From the NCBI GenBank assembly GCA_964514965.1, contig CAZETV010000002.1, positions 150,001 to 182,000 on the forward strand: a stretch of 32,000 nt of DNA, in the 5' to 3' direction. Position numbers and translations under genes: made by a program. Below, in pieces: positions 28,436 to 32,000 of this stretch. Position 1 is the first letter of the stretch. Every line of letters begins with the position of its first letter. Origin of the DNA: Candidatus Hadarchaeota archaeon (lineage in GTDB: Archaea; Hadarchaeota; Hadarchaeia; Hadarchaeales; Hadarchaeaceae). The notes beneath the pieces were generated by a model. The model saw nothing but the letters and a program-made list of their open reading frames with translations, searched no databases and had not been told where the DNA came from.

Positions 28436-29541
28436 TCACCCAAGAAACTCGTGCAACCTGCGGATAGCACTCAACTTTTCCTTCCGATCAATCTTTACCT
28501 CTTGGACAGCACTTTGGAGGATTTCGATTGTTTTTTGATAGGTTCTCCTATCCACCGGATACGGAATTCCATCTTTTCCCCGTGTGCGAAAGAAAAGCGC
28601 GCCGGGTCTTCCCATGAAGGTGATTTACCGTAAATCAAGTCAGAAACAAGGGCAAGGGCCCGCACAGCTTTTGGTCCGATCCCTCCGATGGCGACCAGCT
28701 CCTCGTAGCTTTCGGGTTGGAACTCATAGGCTTTGAGAAGCGCCGTCATCGTCCGATCGGTGAACTCTGAAATAGTGTGCTGAGTTGGCATGATGAGGGT
28801 ACGCACTTTGGGCGAGTGCATTAGGTATTCATCGAGCGATCGTTGTTCTGCTTCTCGAACATAACTCCCCAACCGCTTTGGATTGTCACGCACGAAGTCT
28901 AAACTAGATTTTCTCGCTTCATCGCTCTCGCGCGCAGTCATGTCGAGAACCACTTTCTCCCGGCGATCACCTACAATACCCGAGTGCGGCTCTTCAACGA
29001 AACTTTGGACACCCTCGGAAAGCCAGTGGTAGCGCCTAGCCAACTGCTCATGCATTCCCTGCTGCACCACGGCCCAATCCCCATCTTCGCTGAGCACGAA
29101 AACATGATGATATAGCTGGTATCCGTCTTGCACACAAGCGTTGTCGACCTTTGCTGTCATCTTGCTCGCGTACTTGAGAAATTCAATTTTTCTGGAGGAG
29201 AGAGAAAAAACATCCGCGAGTTTTTGAATTTCGTTCGGCGTTCGCTTTGAAACCTTACCTTTCCCCCCGCAGACCGCGATGCCGAACTCTGTTTTTATCG
29301 CCTCCTTCAACGCACCACACACGGTAGTGGTCAATCCCGATGAATGCCAGTCAAACCCGAGCGTGCATCCCAAAGCTTGAAAAAAGAAAGGATCGCTTAT
29401 CCTTTTGAGTAATTCCTTTCTCCCGTATTCGTGCACGATTATCTCTGCTATTGCTCCACCCAAAAGCTTCATCCGACTGAACAACCAAGGTGGACATCTA
29501 CCACCGTGCAAAGGCAGCTCAGCAACACCAACTCGTTTCAT
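28436..29541 (-). CDS. DUF763 family protein with a helix-hairpin-helix motif; reading frame interrupted by a 1-nt frameshift near 28579
   Basis: N-terminal LPLHGGRCPPWLF...DPFFFQALGCTLGFDWHSSGLTTTVCGALKEA matches DUF763 as I recall it. HhH-like segment: AIGGIGPKAVRALALV. The track ORF (28495..29541) ends in a basic, low-complexity tail. After FSFAHG, the -1 frame reads GKDGIPYPVDRRTYQKTIEILQSAVQEVKIDRKEKLSAIRRLHEFLG, with a stop at 28438-28436. This looks like the authentic conserved C-terminus. Confidence 0.8.
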
Positions 29542-29607
29542 CGAGATAAATTTGTTCTTTAAACAGGATTAAACCTAGCCCCAGCTAAACCGCCTAAAAA
29601 CCGAACC

Positions 29608-29635
29608 AAAAAATCTCGGAAGCAAGCAGCCGAGA
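29608..29635 (-). terminator. Hairpin plus T6 terminator after the nad operon/wHTH gene
   Basis: One nt after the stop codon the minus strand reads TCTCGG CTGCTTGCTT CCGAGA TTTTTT. That is a 6-bp stem, a 10-nt loop and a T6 run, with a further T5 run 7 nt downstream. Confidence 0.55.
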
Positions 29636-29636
29636 G

Positions 29637-29852
29637 TCATTTTGTTAAGTAATAGCCCGCAGCCTTCTCACGAGCCACGCGCTTCGCATACTTTTTCGTG
29701 ACGAGTTCCGTCAGTGCATTGTTTGCCATCCCTTTCGGTAGGCGAGCTATACGCATTACATCATCGGCAGTCTTTAGAGAGTCAGGGCTCGTGGCGCTAA
29801 TTCGTTTCAGCGCATCATACACTTTTTGGGCATTTGGTGTTAAATCAGCCAT
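29637..29852 (-). CDS. Small (71 aa) predicted winged-helix DNA-binding protein, translationally coupled to nadC
   Basis: MADLTPNAQKVYDALKRISATSPDSLKTADDVMRIARLPKGMANNALTELVTKKYAKRVAREKAAGYYLTK. The helix-turn-helix-wing pattern is judged by eye (H2 ADDVMRIA, H3 KGMANNALTELV, wing KRVAREKAAGYYL). The ATG is 4 nt after the nadC stop, with GAGGT overlapping that stop. Confidence 0.6.
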   Translation of the reverse strand: MADLTPNAQKVYDALKRISATSPDSLKTADDVMRIARLPKGMANNALTELVTKKYAKRVAREKAAGYYLTK

Positions 29853-29856
29853 GTGA

Positions 29857-30747
29857 TTACCTCAATTTTTGATTTCTCCTGTTTGCGGCGAGCTTAAAAT
29901 CCTTGCTTTTTATCTCTAATCGCATGTCCAACGCGGGGGCCCGCATGGTAATGTAACTCGATGATACCACATCCACACCGGTCGCCACGTAGCTCTCCAC
30001 ATTTGATAGGTCGATCCCTCCCGAAGCTTCAAGGATGACCCTGTCCCGCAGCCCTCCTCGCTTAAGTATCTTTATCGCGCGTATGATGTTTGCAGGCTTC
30101 ATGTTGTCGAACATCACCATGTCCGCACCTGCACGAGCGGCTTCATATGCATCATCCGGATTGTTTACTTCAACTTCCAACTTTTCCACTTGGCTGTCTT
30201 CACGCGCTTGGAGGACTGCCTTACTCACCGAACCGACCAGCCTGAGATGGTTACCCTTGATTAGGATATGGTCGCTGAGTTTGTATCGATGGGGCTTACC
30301 CCCGGCAACCTGAACTGCGCGCTTGTCAAAGTAGGTCAAGAGCGGAGCGGTCTTCCGTGTAGCCGCTATCACAATATCCGAATTTTTCTTCTTAGCCCGA
30401 TCGATGAGTTGCCGCGTCGCCGTTGCGATGCCGCTCATGCGCATCAACAAATTAAGCGCCACCCGCTCAACCGCGAGGATACCCATGGCTGGGCCCTTGA
30501 GGCGAAGAATCACATCCCCAGTCTTAATTTGTTGCCCATCGGACTTGAGGGCTTTAGTTTGTACCCCAGCTTCATCAAATGCCACCATAGCCTCGTTTAT
30601 CCCAGCTAACACCCCTGACTGCTTGGCGATAATTTTGGCCTTAGTTTTGTATTTAGGTGGGAGTAGAGCTTTGGATGTTACATCGCCAGAACCTATATCC
30701 TCCACTAACATTTCGCGGATTTTTTTCCTTACAAATACTCTAGTCAC
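29857..30747 (-). CDS. nadC: Quinolinate phosphoribosyltransferase (nicotinate-nucleotide pyrophosphorylase, decarboxylating)
   Basis: 296 aa containing ATRKTAPLLTYFDKRAVQVAGGKPHRYKLSDHILIKGNH, the NadC core. 8-nt overlap with nadA. Confidence 0.93.
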   Translation of the reverse strand: MTRVFVRKKIREMLVEDIGSGDVTSKALLPPKYKTKAKIIAKQSGVLAGINEAMVAFDEAGVQTKALKSDGQQIKTGDVILRLKGPAMGILAVERVALNLLMRMSGIATATRQLIDRAKKKNSDIVIAATRKTAPLLTYFDKRAVQVAGGKPHRYKLSDHILIKGNHLRLVGSVSKAVLQAREDSQVEKLEVEVNNPDDAYEAARAGADMVMFDNMKPANIIRAIKILKRGGLRDRVILEASGGIDLSNVESYVATGVDVVSSSYITMRAPALDMRLEIKSKDFKLAANRRNQKLR

Positions 30748-31696
30748 TGGTGGCCCTCCCTGAAATCTCGAGCATGCGTTCAGTGGCTGCGCGCGCCTTG
30801 GTAGCTATATCCGGTGGCACGCGTACCACATGCTTCTTATCGCGCAAGGCGAGGTAAAGTTTTTCGAGGGTGTGTTTTTTCATTTGTTCGCACCTCGCCG
30901 TCTCAAGCGCAGAGATGAACTCCTTGTCGGGAAATTCACGTCGGAGCCGCTCGACTAATCCAATCTCAGTGGCGATGATAAATCGCTTGGATGGCGATGC
31001 CTTGGCTCGAAGTAACATCTGGCTTGTGCTGCAAATGTGTGAGGCGAGCTTCTGGACCTCGGGGTCGCACTCTGGGTGCACCAGCACTTCAGCATCGGGG
31101 GAGCGCTCCTTCAGCAACATAACATCGGCTGGAGAGAACATCCGGTGCACATAGCAGTAACCACGGTCAGGGAGCGGAATGATTTTTTTGTCGCTGCGCT
31201 GCTGCACGAACCAAGCGAGATTTCGATCTGGGCCGAATAGAATTTCACTTTCGTCAAGAGCGTTGACTATAAGCGGAGCGTTCGCCGAGGTGCAGGTGAT
31301 GTCTGCCTCAGCCCTAGCCTCGGCCAACGTATTGATGTAAAGCACCACGGCAGCATCGGGATTCTCTCGCTTTGCTTCACGTACGAGCTGCGCCGGAAGT
31401 TGGGCCGCCATGGGGCATCGAGCTTCTGGATCCGGGATCAACACTGTTTTATCGGGGTTCAGAATTGCCGCGGTTTCCGCCATGAAATCGACCCCACAGA
31501 ATACGATGAGGTCGACGTTGACTTTCGCGGAGTATCTAGCCAGATCGAGCGAGTCCCCTATGTAATCAGCGAGGAGTTGAATTTCCTCCCGCTGGTAGTT
31601 GTGAGCGAGGATAATTGCGTTGCGCTCGCTCTTCAACTTCAGGATGGCCTCTTTCAGATGCTCGGATTTCATAATCGAGTCCTCAAGATTAGGCAA
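30740..31696 (-). CDS. nadA: Quinolinate synthase A
   Basis: 318 aa with NadA hallmarks ILAHNYQREEIQLLADYIGDSL and VLVHPECDPEV. The start could be the internal ATG at 31672. Confidence 0.93.
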   Translation of the reverse strand: MPNLEDSIMKSEHLKEAILKLKSERNAIILAHNYQREEIQLLADYIGDSLDLARYSAKVNVDLIVFCGVDFMAETAAILNPDKTVLIPDPEARCPMAAQLPAQLVREAKRENPDAAVVLYINTLAEARAEADITCTSANAPLIVNALDESEILFGPDRNLAWFVQQRSDKKIIPLPDRGYCYVHRMFSPADVMLLKERSPDAEVLVHPECDPEVQKLASHICSTSQMLLRAKASPSKRFIIATEIGLVERLRREFPDKEFISALETARCEQMKKHTLEKLYLALRDKKHVVRVPPDIATKARAATERMLEISGRATSD

Positions 31697-31714
31697 TATT
31701 CACAATTTATAAAG

Positions 31715-32000
31715 CTATGTTCCAACACGAATGCTCTCGCTCAGGTTCCGAAGAGTCTGAATAGCTGAGAGCGCCGCGAGGTAGCTCGTCTTTGGGGAAT
31801 CGGAGAACGATACATTCCGCGCCTCGGTGACGAGCTCTCCTGCCTTGCCCAAAACGCGAATCTCGTGAATGTTGCGGTTAAGCTTTGGGTCGGCGACGAT
31901 ACGAACTTTTGTTTTATCTAGTCCTATACCAGCCAAGCTCAGGGTTGCCGCTACATTAACACTTCTAGGGAATGCCTTAACCGCTTCTCGTGCAGAACCC
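31715..32000 (-). CDS. nadX: L-aspartate dehydrogenase (NadX family), C-terminal part; 5' end beyond the window
   Basis: The track ORF starts at an internal TTG, but the frame stays open to the window edge. Hand translation gives GSAREAVKAFPRSVNVAATLSLAGIGLDKTKVRIVADPKLNRNIHEIRVLGKAGELVTEARNV...SYLAALSAIQTLRNL, matching the aspartate dehydrogenase C-terminal domain. Sits upstream of nadA-nadC. Confidence 0.85.
   Translation of the reverse strand, partial: GSAREAVKAFPRSVNVAATLSLAGIGLDKTKVRIVADPKLNRNIHEIRVLGKAGELVTEARNVSFSDSPKTSYLAALSAIQTLRNLSESIRVGT

Noticed and set aside
28574-28584. Programmed -1 ribosomal frameshift in DUF763 at GGGGAAAAG
   Set aside because: In the upstream frame (CAC GGG GAA AAG) the run is not an X XXY YYZ heptamer. 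The GGGAAAA heptamer is in register only with the downstream frame. I saw no obvious downstream stimulatory structure. A 1-nt deletion or a homopolymer miscall is the simpler explanation.

Overview
Archaeal chromosomal segment. Every gene I can support lies on the minus strand. From high to low coordinates: (i) the 3' part of a NAD de novo operon, aspartate dehydrogenase (partial)-nadA-nadC, plus a translationally coupled 71-aa winged-helix protein and a hairpin/oligo-T terminator. (ii) A DUF763 gene broken by a 1-nt frameshift in a G4A4 run. (iii) A stable-RNA cluster of tRNA-Tyr (two introns), 5S rRNA and tRNA-Asp. (iv) A visibly lower-GC islet carrying a divergent thyX-like gene, a decayed copy of the 3' half of tRNA-Asp, and mntP. 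(v) About 26 kb of uninterrupted information-processing genes: tRNA-Lys, rpoH-rpoB-rpoA'-rpoA'', eL30, nusA, uS12, uS7, EF-1alpha, uS10, tRNA-Ser, archease, rtcB, a DUF171/SPOUT methyltransferase, then the full S10/spc-type ribosomal block (uL3 through uL15, including aIF1/SUI1 and RNase P Rpp29) ending in a partial secY. Three items missing from the ORF track were read by hand: secY N-terminus (1-341), uS14 (4476-4622, 48 aa) and the real C-terminus of DUF763 (28436-28579). I found no CRISPR array, transposase, integrase or recognisable defence system. Unsplit rpoB, 5S unlinked from 16S/23S, SUI1 inside the r-protein operon and a non-canonical tRNA intron are compatible with a TACK/Thermoproteota-like or other uncultivated archaeon, but lineage cannot be fixed from this window. 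The most unusual signals are: a strict bulge-helix-bulge intron in the T-loop of tRNA-Tyr; a second intron there with an unresolved splice junction; the thyX-like gene bracketed by tRNA-Asp and its degraded 3'-half repeat, which looks like a scar of site-specific integration; cysteine-rich divergence of that ThyX; and a possible regulator at the end of the nad operon.
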